Shown here: one piece after another, positions 21,554-30,433 of the stretch
Position numbering within the stretch: position 1 is the first letter of the stretch
Layout: every line of letters starts with the position of its first letter
Assembly: GCA_963726745.1 (NCBI GenBank)
Contig: CAVSDR010000005.1
Coordinates: 32,001 to 96,000, forward strand
Source of the DNA: an uncultured Verrucomicrobiae bacterium
Lineage (GTDB): Bacteria > Verrucomicrobiota > Verrucomicrobiia > Chthoniobacterales > UBA10450
DNA length: 64,000 nt
Reading direction: 5' to 3'
Position numbers and translations under genes: made by a program
The notes under the pieces: model-generated
Seen by the model: only the letters and a program-made list of their open reading frames with translations
Told to the model about the DNA's origin: nothing
The model's database searches: none

Positions 21554-24370
21554 ATGGAAGCGGCGCAGGCATTGTCGGAGGCGGGTTGCGACGTTCGCTT
21601 CGACAACCTCACGCGCCAGCTCTACGCGACCGATGCTTCGGTCTACCAGATCGTGCCGCAAGCGGTCGCCTTCCCGCGCGGCGCGCAGGAAGCGAGCCGC
21701 GATCATTCGTGCCGCCGCCGACGCGAACATTCCCATCACGCCGCGCGGTGCCGGCAGCGGGCTGGCCGGGGGCGCGATTGGCGATGGCCTGGTGGTGGAG
21801 TTCTCGCGGCACAACCGCGCGATCTCGGAGTTGAACCTGGAGCGACAGCAGCGTGCGCTGCGGCGCAGGCGTGGTCCTGGATCAACTAAACGCCTTCCTC
21901 CGGCCGCACGGCTTCGCCTTCGGTCCCGATGTGGCCACAAGCTCGCGCGCGACCATCGGCGGGATGATCGCGAACAACAGCTCCGGCGCGCGCGTGCCGG
22001 TTTACGGCACGACTGCGGATCACGTGCGCTCGCTCGAACTCGTCCTCGCCGATGGCACCGTGCGACAAACAGACAGCAACCTCTTCGCCGCGGAGAAGGC
22101 GCGCTTCGCGCAGATGATCCAGGCGGAGGCGGCGGCGATCGACGAGTGGCTCCCGCCCGGTTTGCAAAAACGCTGGCCGGGCTACGGAATCGATCGCTTC
22201 CTGCGCCAGGCGCCGACGATCGAGAATTTGCTCGCCGGCAGCGAAGGGACGCTGGCGGCGATTTGTTCCGCGGAGTTAAAGATCGTGCCGCTCCCGCGCG
22301 AGAAAGGTCTCGGTTTGCTCTTCTTCGCCTCGGTCGCGGAAGCGATGCAAGCCACGGTCGACCTGCTCGACCTCCACCCGGCGGCGATCGAGCACATCGA
22401 CCGGGTGCTCTTCGACCAGACGCGCGGGCAGCTCAATTTCCAGGCTGCGCGCGACCTGCTCGAGCTCGATACCAAGCCGTGCGAGGCCATTCTCCTGGTC
22501 GAGTTCTACGACCAAGTAGCCGACAAATTGCACTCGTTAGCCGCGCGCCGGCTCGGCTTGCGCACGACCATTTGCCGGACAAACGCCGAGATCAATCTCG
22601 TCCTCGGAATGCGCAAGGCGGGGCTGACCCTGCTCACCGGGATGATCGGCTCGGCCAAGCCGGTGACCTGCATCGAGGACACCGCGGTGCGGCCGGAACA
22701 GCTCCCGGCTTACGTCGCCGGCTTGCAGGGAATCATGCAGCCGCGCGGCCTGGAAGTTTGCTACTACGGGCATGCCGCGACCGGGCTGCTCCATGTGCGA
22801 CCGGTGCTCGATCTGCACAATGCGGCCGACCTCCAGACTTTCCGTGAAGTCTCAGACGAGGTCGCGGCGCTGGTGCGGCAATTCAAAGGCTCGCTCGCAG
22901 CGGAGCATGGCGTCGGCATCGCGCGCACCGAATACATGCCCGGCCAACTGGGCGAGCGGCTCCTGCGTTTAACCAGCGAGATCAAGGCGACGTTCGATCC
23001 GCAGAATCTCTTCAACCCCGGCAAAATCATCCCGGACGGCCGCTACCGGCTCGACAACGCTCCTGCGCACCAGCAGCTATCGCGAGCACGGCTTGCCCTT
23101 CGAGCCGCGGCTGGCCTTCGCCTTCAAAGACCGGTCGTTCATCGGCAATCTCGAGCAGTGCAACGGCTGCGGCGGTTGCCGGAAAGATGCGCCCACGATG
23201 TGCCCGACGTTCGTCGCTACCGGCGAGGAATACATGTCGACCCGCGGCCGCGCGAATGCGATCCGCGCGGCGCTCGAGCTGCGCACCCGAGGCGACGATC
23301 CGCTGCGCGCGCAAGAGCTCGAAGAAGCGCTCGGCAATTGTCTCTCCTGCAAAGCCTGCACGGTCGAGTGCCCGTCGAACGTGAACCTCGCCCTGCTCAA
23401 GGCCGAGCTGCAATACGCCCGCATTCGCCGCGACGGCCTCTCGCTCCGCGCGCGAATGCTGAGCGCGGTCGACTTGTTAGGCCGGCTGGGCACACTTACG
23501 CCGGGGCTGGCGAACTGGGCGCTCGAGTTCGCGCCGCTGCGCGCGCTCATGGCGAAAGTGCTGGGTATTTCTGCGCAGCGCCCCTTGCCGCATTACGCGC
23601 AGGAGCGGTTCGATCGTTGGTTTAGCCAGCAACCTCAGCGCGCCGGAGCGCGCGGCCGCGTGATCCTCTGGGACGACACTTTCGTGCGCTACCACGAGCC
23701 GCACATCGGCATCGCCGCGGTGAGCGTGCTCGAAGCGCTTGGCTTCGAGGTCTCGTTAGCCAAAGGCCGGCGTTGCTGCGGGCGGCCGGCCTTCAGCCAG
23801 GGAAATCTCGATGCCGCCAGCCGGATGGGGCAGCACAATCTCGATCTCCTGCGCGGCGGCGAGGAACCGATCCTGTTCCTCGAGCCGTCGTGCTATTCGA
23901 TGTTTGCCGAGGATTACCGCGAGCTGAAGCTGGAAGGCTTCGAGGCGGTCGCGGCGCGTTCGTTTCTCTTCGAAAAGTTCGTCGCCGATTTACTCGAGCG
24001 CGAGCCGGCGGCGCTCGCCTTCCGGGAAACAACCGGCAAGATCGCGATTCACGCGCATTGCCATGCGAAGTCGCTGATGAAACCCGGCTTCATGGCGCGG
24101 CTCGCCGGCCGCCTGCCGGGGCGGGAAGTGCAATTGCTCGACACCGGCTGCTGCGGCATGGCAGGCGCGTTCGGCGCGCTCGACGCGAAGTATCGGCTCT
24201 CGGTGCAGGTGGCCGCGCCGCTGGTGGAGAAGATCGCCGCGCAACCGGCGGGCGCGACGATTGTCGCCTCCGGGACGAGCTGCCGGCATCAGATCGAGCA
24301 TCTGACGCCGGCGAAGCCAAAGCACATGGCCGAACTCTTGGCCGACGCGCTTCCGACGACGACTCGTTAG
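21554..24370 (+). CDS. FAD-binding + (Fe-S)-binding oxidoreductase (YdiJ / GlcDF-like 2-hydroxy-acid dehydrogenase); frameshifts near 21700, 21855, 23060
   Basis: LYATDASVY, PRGAGSGLAG, ATIGGMIANNSSG, AEHGVG, CNGCGGC, CLSCKACTVECP, CCG motifs across four ORF pieces. Confidence 0.85.
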
Positions 24371-25338
24371 GCCGGGCCGCCCATTGCGCCGAGCGCCCGG
24401 CGCGCCGTCCCGGCCTGGAGGTATTTGCCCCAGCTGAGGTTGTCCTGCCCGGGGACATGCGCGCGCGCCTTGCGCAGGCACATCTCGCTGACTGCTTCCA
24501 CGACCCAGTCGAAGTTCTCCTGGCCGACGCTCGTGACTTCCGCATCGGGCGCGGGGTTGCAGAAATCGATCGCCACCGGGACGCCATCGCGGATGGCGAA
24601 CTCGACCGTGTTCAAGTCGTAGCCTAAATATTGGTTCAATTGCAGGACGCCCCAATGAACCTTGTCGAGGATCTCCTTGGGCGCCTGCCAGTCGGTCTGG
24701 TAGCGAAGGTGATACGGGTTCCGCGGCTCGTAATTCATGATCTTCACGTGCCGCTGATCGATGCAGTAGCAGCGGAAGTACATGTCGAACTTCACTTCCT
24801 CCTGCAGCATCATCACGAGTTGGCCGGTCTCGGCGTAGGCGCGGAAGAATTCCTCGGAGTTGTGCAGCCGGTAGACGTTTTTCCAACCGCCGCCGGCGAA
24901 GGGCTTGAAGAACGCGGGCCAGCCGACGTATTGGAAAATGCCTTCCCAATCGAGCGGGTAAGCGAGGTTGCGGAAGGAGCCGTCGGAGGTGTCGGGCGGC
25001 AGCTGGTGCGAAGGCAGGAGGACGGTCTTCGGCACCGCGACGTCGATCTTGGTTGCGAGCGCGTTGTTGAAGAACTTCTCGTCCGCGCTCCACCAGAAAG
25101 GATTATTGACCACCGCGCAGCCAGCGAGCGCTTCGTTCTTGAGCCAGGCGCGGTAGAAGGGAACGTCCTGCGAGATGCGGTCGACGACCACGTCGTAGCC
25201 GGTCGGCTCTCCCTGGATCACCTTATCGATGCGGACGAATTCGGCCTGCACTTCGCCCCCGCCTTTCTCGTTGATCCGCTGGACGAGCGCAGGCGGGAAG
25301 CTGTTTTCTTGACCGAAGAGGATGCCGACTTTTTTCAT
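24367..25338 (-). CDS. ATP-grasp (RimK/glutathione-synthetase-like) ligase
   Basis: VVNNPFWWSADEKF, VAVPKTVLLP, FFKPFAGGGWKNVY, MLQEEV, NTVEFAIRDGVPVAIDFCNPAPD. Confidence 0.8.
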   Translation of the reverse strand: MKKVGILFGQENSFPPALVQRINEKGGGEVQAEFVRIDKVIQGEPTGYDVVVDRISQDVPFYRAWLKNEALAGCAVVNNPFWWSADEKFFNNALATKIDVAVPKTVLLPSHQLPPDTSDGSFRNLAYPLDWEGIFQYVGWPAFFKPFAGGGWKNVYRLHNSEEFFRAYAETGQLVMMLQEEVKFDMYFRCYCIDQRHVKIMNYEPRNPYHLRYQTDWQAPKEILDKVHWGVLQLNQYLGYDLNTVEFAIRDGVPVAIDFCNPAPDAEVTSVGQENFDWVVEAVSEMCLRKARAHVPGQDNLSWGKYLQAGTARRALGAMGGPA

Positions 25339-25378
25339 GACTTGTTAGGCTGAGTGGTGGGGTTGGTGAGAGTGCTGG

Positions 25379-26089
25379 TTAAATTTTCCCGAGGTAATAC
25401 GGCAACATTTCGCGCCAGTAATTCCAGTCGTGCCCGCACCATTTGCGGTCGTCGAGCCAATGCTGGATGCCCTTGGCCTGGAGAATCTCGTGCAGACGAT
25501 AGCTTTCGTGGCGGGTGTTATCCCACTCGCCGGTGCCAAGGATGATCCCCATGTGGTTGTAACGCCAGGGGTCGGGGACGTTCGGCAGGTAATCGTAGGG
25601 GCTGTTGAAGTAGACGTTGTCGTCGTAGTAGCCGCCGAAGAAATCGCTGATGTCGAAGGCGCCGCTCAAGCTGATCAGGTGGCTGACCGCGTCGGGATGC
25701 TTGAAAGCAATGTTGGCCGCATGATAGGCGCCGAGGCTGGCCCCGCAAACCATCACCCGGTGCGTGGAGCATTCGCGCCGCGCGTGATCGAAGACTTCCT
25801 GCGTGATCACGCGCTCGTAAGCCATGTGCGTCTTGATCCGGTCGGCCGGATGGATCGCCTTGTTGTAGAAGCTGTCGAGGTCGACCGCGTCCGGGCAATA
25901 AATGGTCACCTGACCGCTTTCCACGAAGGGAGCGCAGGCATCGATTAAATGGAAATCCTTGTTCTGGTAGAAACGCCCGAAGGAAGTGGGAAAAAGGATC
26001 AAGGGCCGGCCGCCGCCATCGCCGAAGACGAGCATCTCGAAGTCGCGGCTCAGGTTCGGGGTCCACCAGCGGAGGTAACGTTCATTCAT
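25379..26089 (-). CDS. Alpha/beta hydrolase (putative esterase)
   Basis: GASLG nucleophile elbow, FPTSFGRF, C-terminal GHDWNYW. Confidence 0.85.
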   Translation of the reverse strand: MNERYLRWWTPNLSRDFEMLVFGDGGGRPLILFPTSFGRFYQNKDFHLIDACAPFVESGQVTIYCPDAVDLDSFYNKAIHPADRIKTHMAYERVITQEVFDHARRECSTHRVMVCGASLGAYHAANIAFKHPDAVSHLISLSGAFDISDFFGGYYDDNVYFNSPYDYLPNVPDPWRYNHMGIILGTGEWDNTRHESYRLHEILQAKGIQHWLDDRKWCGHDWNYWREMLPYYLGKI

Positions 26090-26231
26090 GCAGCGTCTTG
26101 ATTTCGGGCGTGGGCGAGATTCTGTCGACTCTCTTTTAATCGTGCCTCGCCCGGCAGATGAGCCTGCGCCCTGAAAAGAGGCATCCGCAGCTGCGCCGCC
26201 CCCCGTATTTGTGCTTTATCCGCCTTTCCTT

Positions 26232-27101
26232 ATGTCCGAGCACACCCTCACAGGAAACATCCAAAGCCATCCGCAATTCGAGTCCCGCATTTTGGGGAAC
26301 CGACGCGATGTGCTCGTTTATTTGCCGCCCGGCTACCGGCGCACGCGCAACCGGCGTTACCCGGTGCTTTACCTGCACGATGGGCAAAATGTGTTCGACG
26401 CTGCGACGGCTTTTGGCGGGAACGAGTGGGGCGTGGACGAGACCGCGCAGCGCCTGATTTCGGAGAAGCTGGCCGAACCGGTGATCATCGTCGCGGTGGC
26501 CAACGCGGGCGAAGATCGCATCCATGAATATGCGCCCACAAAGGGACGGATCGAGGAAGGAAAACGGAAGCGGAGCAAAGGACTGCTGCGGAAGTATGGG
26601 CAATTTTTGGTCGAAGAACTAAAGCCGTTCATCGATGGGAACTACCGCACGCTCCCGGAAGCGGAGCACACCGGCCTGGGCGGTTCCTCGCTTGGCGGGC
26701 TGGCCACACTTTCGCTCGGGCTTTGGTTCCCGCAGGTTTTCCGCCGGCTCCTGGTGATGTCGCCGTCTATTTGGTGGGACGACGCGGTGCTGCTGAAGCT
26801 GGTCGACAAAGTGAACGAAGATGCGCGTCCGCCCCTGAAGATTTGGCTGGATACCGGCACGGCCGAGCCGGGTTGGGAACGCGCGCAGACCTTGCGCGAT
26901 GCCTTGCTCGAGAAGGGCTGGCGGCTCTACGACGACCTGCAGTACACCGAGGACGAAGGCGCCGGACATACCGAAGCTGCCTGGGGCCACCGGATCGATG
27001 CCGCTCTCCGCTTTCTTTATCCACCAGCGCCGGCGGTCCTGCCGGAAGGCACCCGTCGCCGGCAACCGAAGATCCTCCGGCGCGAGCCGGTCGCGGCCTA
27101 A
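26232..27101 (+). CDS. Alpha/beta hydrolase (Fes/IroE-like esterase family)
   Basis: VYLPPGY, YPVLYLHDGQN, ELKPFID, GSSLGG, GHTEAAW. Confidence 0.88.
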   Translation: MSEHTLTGNIQSHPQFESRILGNRRDVLVYLPPGYRRTRNRRYPVLYLHDGQNVFDAATAFGGNEWGVDETAQRLISEKLAEPVIIVAVANAGEDRIHEYAPTKGRIEEGKRKRSKGLLRKYGQFLVEELKPFIDGNYRTLPEAEHTGLGGSSLGGLATLSLGLWFPQVFRRLLVMSPSIWWDDAVLLKLVDKVNEDARPPLKIWLDTGTAEPGWERAQTLRDALLEKGWRLYDDLQYTEDEGAGHTEAAWGHRIDAALRFLYPPAPAVLPEGTRRRQPKILRREPVAA

Positions 27102-27104
27102 CGA

Positions 27105-27527
27105 ATGCCGGCCATCCCGCACGAGCTGCGCCTGCGCGTAGCCGCGGGAGAGATCGACGGCCAAGGGCACGTGAACAACGTGGTCTACCTGCGCTGGGTG
27201 CAGGAAGTGGCGGTGGCGCATTGGGAAGCGCTCGCCCCGGTTGATGCGCTCGGGCAAATCGGCTGGGTCGCGCGCCGGCACGAGATCGATTACCACGCGC
27301 CGGCGCTTCTGGGCGATGAATTGATCGTCCGGACCTGGGTCGGCCAGGTCGAGGGCCTGACTTTCGAGCGGCACACCGAGATCCGTCACGCCGGCACCGA
27401 GAAGTTGCTGGCAAAAACGCGCACGCTCTGGATCCCGATCGATCCCGCGACCGGCAAGCCGAAACGCGTCAGCCGGGAAGTCCGCCGGCTGTTTGCGATT
27501 GCCGCGGGCGAAGCGACCGTTCGTTAG
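27105..27527 (+). CDS. Acyl-CoA thioesterase (4HBT/YbgC hot-dog family)
   Basis: EIDGQGHVNNVVY, HEIDY, TGKPKR. Confidence 0.88.
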   Translation: MPAIPHELRLRVAAGEIDGQGHVNNVVYLRWVQEVAVAHWEALAPVDALGQIGWVARRHEIDYHAPALLGDELIVRTWVGQVEGLTFERHTEIRHAGTEKLLAKTRTLWIPIDPATGKPKRVSREVRRLFAIAAGEATVR

Positions 27528-28498
27528 ACCGCCGCGGCTGGCAGCTCGGAAAAGTTGCCCAGCTTGCGAAACTTCTCGTAGCGCTTCTTGAGCAACTCGT
27601 CGGTCGAGAGCGCGCTGAAGCGATCGAGATTGCGCCGGAGAGCGCTCCCGAGATGGGCCGCCGCGAGGTCGTGATCGCGATGCGCGCCGCCTTCCGGCTC
27701 CTTCACCACTTCGTCGACCACGCCGAGCTTCATCAAGTCATCGGCCGTGAGCTTGAGTGCTTCTGCGGCCTCGGGCGCGTGGCGGCGATCCTTCCAAAGG
27801 ATGGCGGAGCAGGCTTCCGGACTGATCACGGAATAGTAAGCATTCTCCAGGATCATCACGCGGTCGGCGACGCCGATGCCGAGAGCGCCGCCGGACCCGC
27901 CTTCACCGATGACCACGGCTACGATCGGGACCTGCAGGTTCATCATTTCGCGGAGATTCACCGCAATCGCTTCGGCGATGTGGCGCTCCTCCGAGCCGAT
28001 GCCGGGATACGCGCCAGGAGTGTCGATCAGCGCCACCACCGGGAGCTTGAACTTCTCCGCCATTTGCATGACGCGCAGGGCCTTGCGGTACCCTTCCGGG
28101 TAGGCGCAGCCGAAATTACGCAGCACATTCTCCTTGGTGTCGCGGCCCTTTTGCTGGGAAACGACCACGCAGCGATAAGCCCCGATGGTCGCCAGGCCGC
28201 ACGGCATCGCGCGGTCATCGCCAAAGACGCGATCGCCGTGGAGCTCGACCCAGTCGGTGAAGCAGCGGCTGAGGTAATCGAGCGCGAAGGGCCGCTGCAC
28301 ATGGCGGGCAATCTGGACGCGCTGCCAGGCGGTGAGATTCTCGTAAATCTCGCGCCGGGTCTCGCGAATTTTCGCTTCCATGGACTCCACCTCGCTCTCG
28401 AAATCGAGCGCGTGTTCGTCGGAGTGATTCTTCAAGTCCTGCAACCGGCGCTGCAATTCCAGAATCGGCTTTTCGAAATCGAGCGGCTGAACGTCCAT
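27524..28498 (-). CDS. accA: Acetyl-CoA carboxylase carboxyltransferase alpha subunit
   Basis: LDFEKPI, ELHGDR, PEGYRKA, IDTPGAYPG, GEGGSGGALG, YSVISPE. Confidence 0.97.
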   Translation of the reverse strand: MDVQPLDFEKPILELQRRLQDLKNHSDEHALDFESEVESMEAKIRETRREIYENLTAWQRVQIARHVQRPFALDYLSRCFTDWVELHGDRVFGDDRAMPCGLATIGAYRCVVVSQQKGRDTKENVLRNFGCAYPEGYRKALRVMQMAEKFKLPVVALIDTPGAYPGIGSEERHIAEAIAVNLREMMNLQVPIVAVVIGEGGSGGALGIGVADRVMILENAYYSVISPEACSAILWKDRRHAPEAAEALKLTADDLMKLGVVDEVVKEPEGGAHRDHDLAAAHLGSALRRNLDRFSALSTDELLKKRYEKFRKLGNFSELPAAAV

Positions 28499-28501
28499 TC
28501 T

Positions 28502-29344
28502 CTAGTCGGTAATGGTGACAGGCGTCTTCGTATTGACAAGGCCGCTTAGCTCCGCGACCTCGGCCGGCGCCAGCGCCATCCCGGTGGGCGGCGGCGGGAC
28601 CCCGCCCGGCTGCGGCGTGCCCGCGCTGGGCTCAGCGTAAAGGATGTGCCCCGGTGTCGTTAGCCGGATCCAGCGGGTGCTCCCCTGGTATTCCTTGGTC
28701 CCGAAGCCGACCCGTTTGCCATCCTGCCAAGCCATGACCTCGGCGACCTTCGCGCTGATCTTCGCGGGGCTGCGCGGCGGGAGCTTGAGCGCGCGAATCT
28801 TGTAGCGCTTAAAGAAGAGGCCGCGATCGAGCAGGATCACCTCGTGCGCCTTCCGCTGGATCACGAGCGCAAAGTCCGGGTGCGAAACAAGCAGCCGGTC
28901 GCCGATGTGAAGCATGGTTCCGCGGAGATTGTTCATGCGCATGATCAACTCCGGCGTGGTCTTGGTTTTCAGCGCCACCTTGGCGATCACGTCGCCTTTT
29001 TTGACGACATATTCCTGCTTCTCCGGGCTGGGATACTTCGAAAGCAGAATCTCCATGTTTACCTCGCCCAGGAGGTCTTTGGCGGCGTCCGCGTTCGGGC
29101 TGTTGGGATACTTTTGCAGGAAGCGCGTGAGCGCGGCGCGCGCCTCGGCCAGCTTGTGCTCCTGGCGCAATTTCGCCGCCTCCTCAAACTCGGGCAGGCT
29201 CACATCGGCCCGCGGCGTTTCCGGGAGTTCGCCGCGTTGCTCCGCGCGCACCGCCATCTCCGGCTTCACGATGATGTGATAACCGAAAAAAGCCGCGCTG
29301 CCGAAAATGGCCACCGCGAGCAGGAAAGCGAAGAGCCACTTCAT
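28502..29344 (-). CDS. LysM domain membrane-anchored protein with TPR/YfiO-like segment
   Basis: N-terminal TM; FLQKYPNSP; YVVKKGDVIAKVA...LIMRMNNL...LHIGDRL. Confidence 0.8.
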   Translation of the reverse strand: MKWLFAFLLAVAIFGSAAFFGYHIIVKPEMAVRAEQRGELPETPRADVSLPEFEEAAKLRQEHKLAEARAALTRFLQKYPNSPNADAAKDLLGEVNMEILLSKYPSPEKQEYVVKKGDVIAKVALKTKTTPELIMRMNNLRGTMLHIGDRLLVSHPDFALVIQRKAHEVILLDRGLFFKRYKIRALKLPPRSPAKISAKVAEVMAWQDGKRVGFGTKEYQGSTRWIRLTTPGHILYAEPSAGTPQPGGVPPPPTGMALAPAEVAELSGLVNTKTPVTITD

Positions 29345-29396
29345 GCGTGAGGAAAGCTACGCGGGCACGCGGCGGCGCGCTGCCGGGCGCACGTTT

Positions 29397-29846
29397 TCAG
29401 ACCTGCTTCCGCGGTGCGGAAAAGAAGCTGTGCCAGAAACGATGTTGCTGGCCGGCATCCTGGTTCGTCCAGGTGTAGTGGCAGTCTTCGCAGTAAAATT
29501 CCTTCGGGAAAATGCCCGCCTGCAGAAGAACCATCGCCAGACCGGGGACGAAAGGGAATTTGCGCGCCAGCTGCGGGTATTGGATGCGCGGCGAGTGGCA
29601 CTGCGGGCAGCGGATGGCGGAGCCGATCTCCGGATCGCTCTTTTCCCACTCGACCATGAGCTGTTGGGTCTTTTCGAAATCTTTCTCTTCCACCATCACC
29701 TTGGCGTTCGCCTGCGGCTCCGAGAGCGTGGTCATCCGCTGCATGCCCGCCTCGTTGTGGATGTCGGCCTTGACCCCTTTTTCCTGGAGCCGCTGCTTCA
29801 GGTGCTTCGCTTTCGCCGCTTCGTTAAACGTTGCAATCGTGACCAT
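29397..29846 (-). CDS. Hypothetical protein (DUF2007-like N-terminus, Zn-ribbon CPQC/CEDC)
   Basis: MVTIATFN..AKHLKQRLQEKGV; two CxxC pairs. Confidence 0.6.
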   Translation of the reverse strand: MVTIATFNEAAKAKHLKQRLQEKGVKADIHNEAGMQRMTTLSEPQANAKVMVEEKDFEKTQQLMVEWEKSDPEIGSAIRCPQCHSPRIQYPQLARKFPFVPGLAMVLLQAGIFPKEFYCEDCHYTWTNQDAGQQHRFWHSFFSAPRKQV

Positions 29847-29924
29847 AAACTCAGTTGTCCCTTTCGCTGCTCCTCTGCCGAAGATCAAACATCAACCAGC
29901 AGCGCAGCGCAAGAACCCGCGCGG

Positions 29925-30359
29925 CTAACGATACGCCGCCGGCGGGAACCATTGGTAGAGCATGAAATAAACGATCACGCCCGTGACCGAGACGTAGAGC
30001 CAGATCGGCATGGCCCAACGCCCGACGCGCCGATGTTTATCCCACCGGCGGCGCAGCGCCGGGAGCAAGGTCACGATGACCAGCGGCGGGATGGTGAAGG
30101 CCAGGAGCACGTGCGTAATCAGGATCGTGAAATAAATCGGCCGCACGATTCCCGGGGCAGTGAAGCGGGTGGATCCGTGGTGATAATGGTAAACCAGGTA
30201 GCCCGTCAGAAAAATAGCCGACGAGATCAGCGCCACGATCATGCAGGCGATGTGCTGCCGCCAATACCCGCGCCGGGTGAGGATCCAGCCCGCGGAAATA
30301 AACAGCGTGCTGATCGCGTTCATGGAAGCGTTCACGGCCGGCAAGTCGGAAATTGTCAT
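29925..30359 (-). CDS. DUF420 family membrane protein
   Basis: LPAVNA, HIACM, YFTILITH, KHRRVGRWAMPIWLYVSVTG. Confidence 0.9.
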   Translation of the reverse strand: MTISDLPAVNASMNAISTLFISAGWILTRRGYWRQHIACMIVALISSAIFLTGYLVYHYHHGSTRFTAPGIVRPIYFTILITHVLLAFTIPPLVIVTLLPALRRRWDKHRRVGRWAMPIWLYVSVTGVIVYFMLYQWFPPAAYR

Positions 30360-30433
30360 CCAGCAGCTATACGACCGAGAAATCGCTTGGGTGCCAGCCT
30401 TGAAATAGTCCGCCGCCCGGCGGACCTAGCTGC

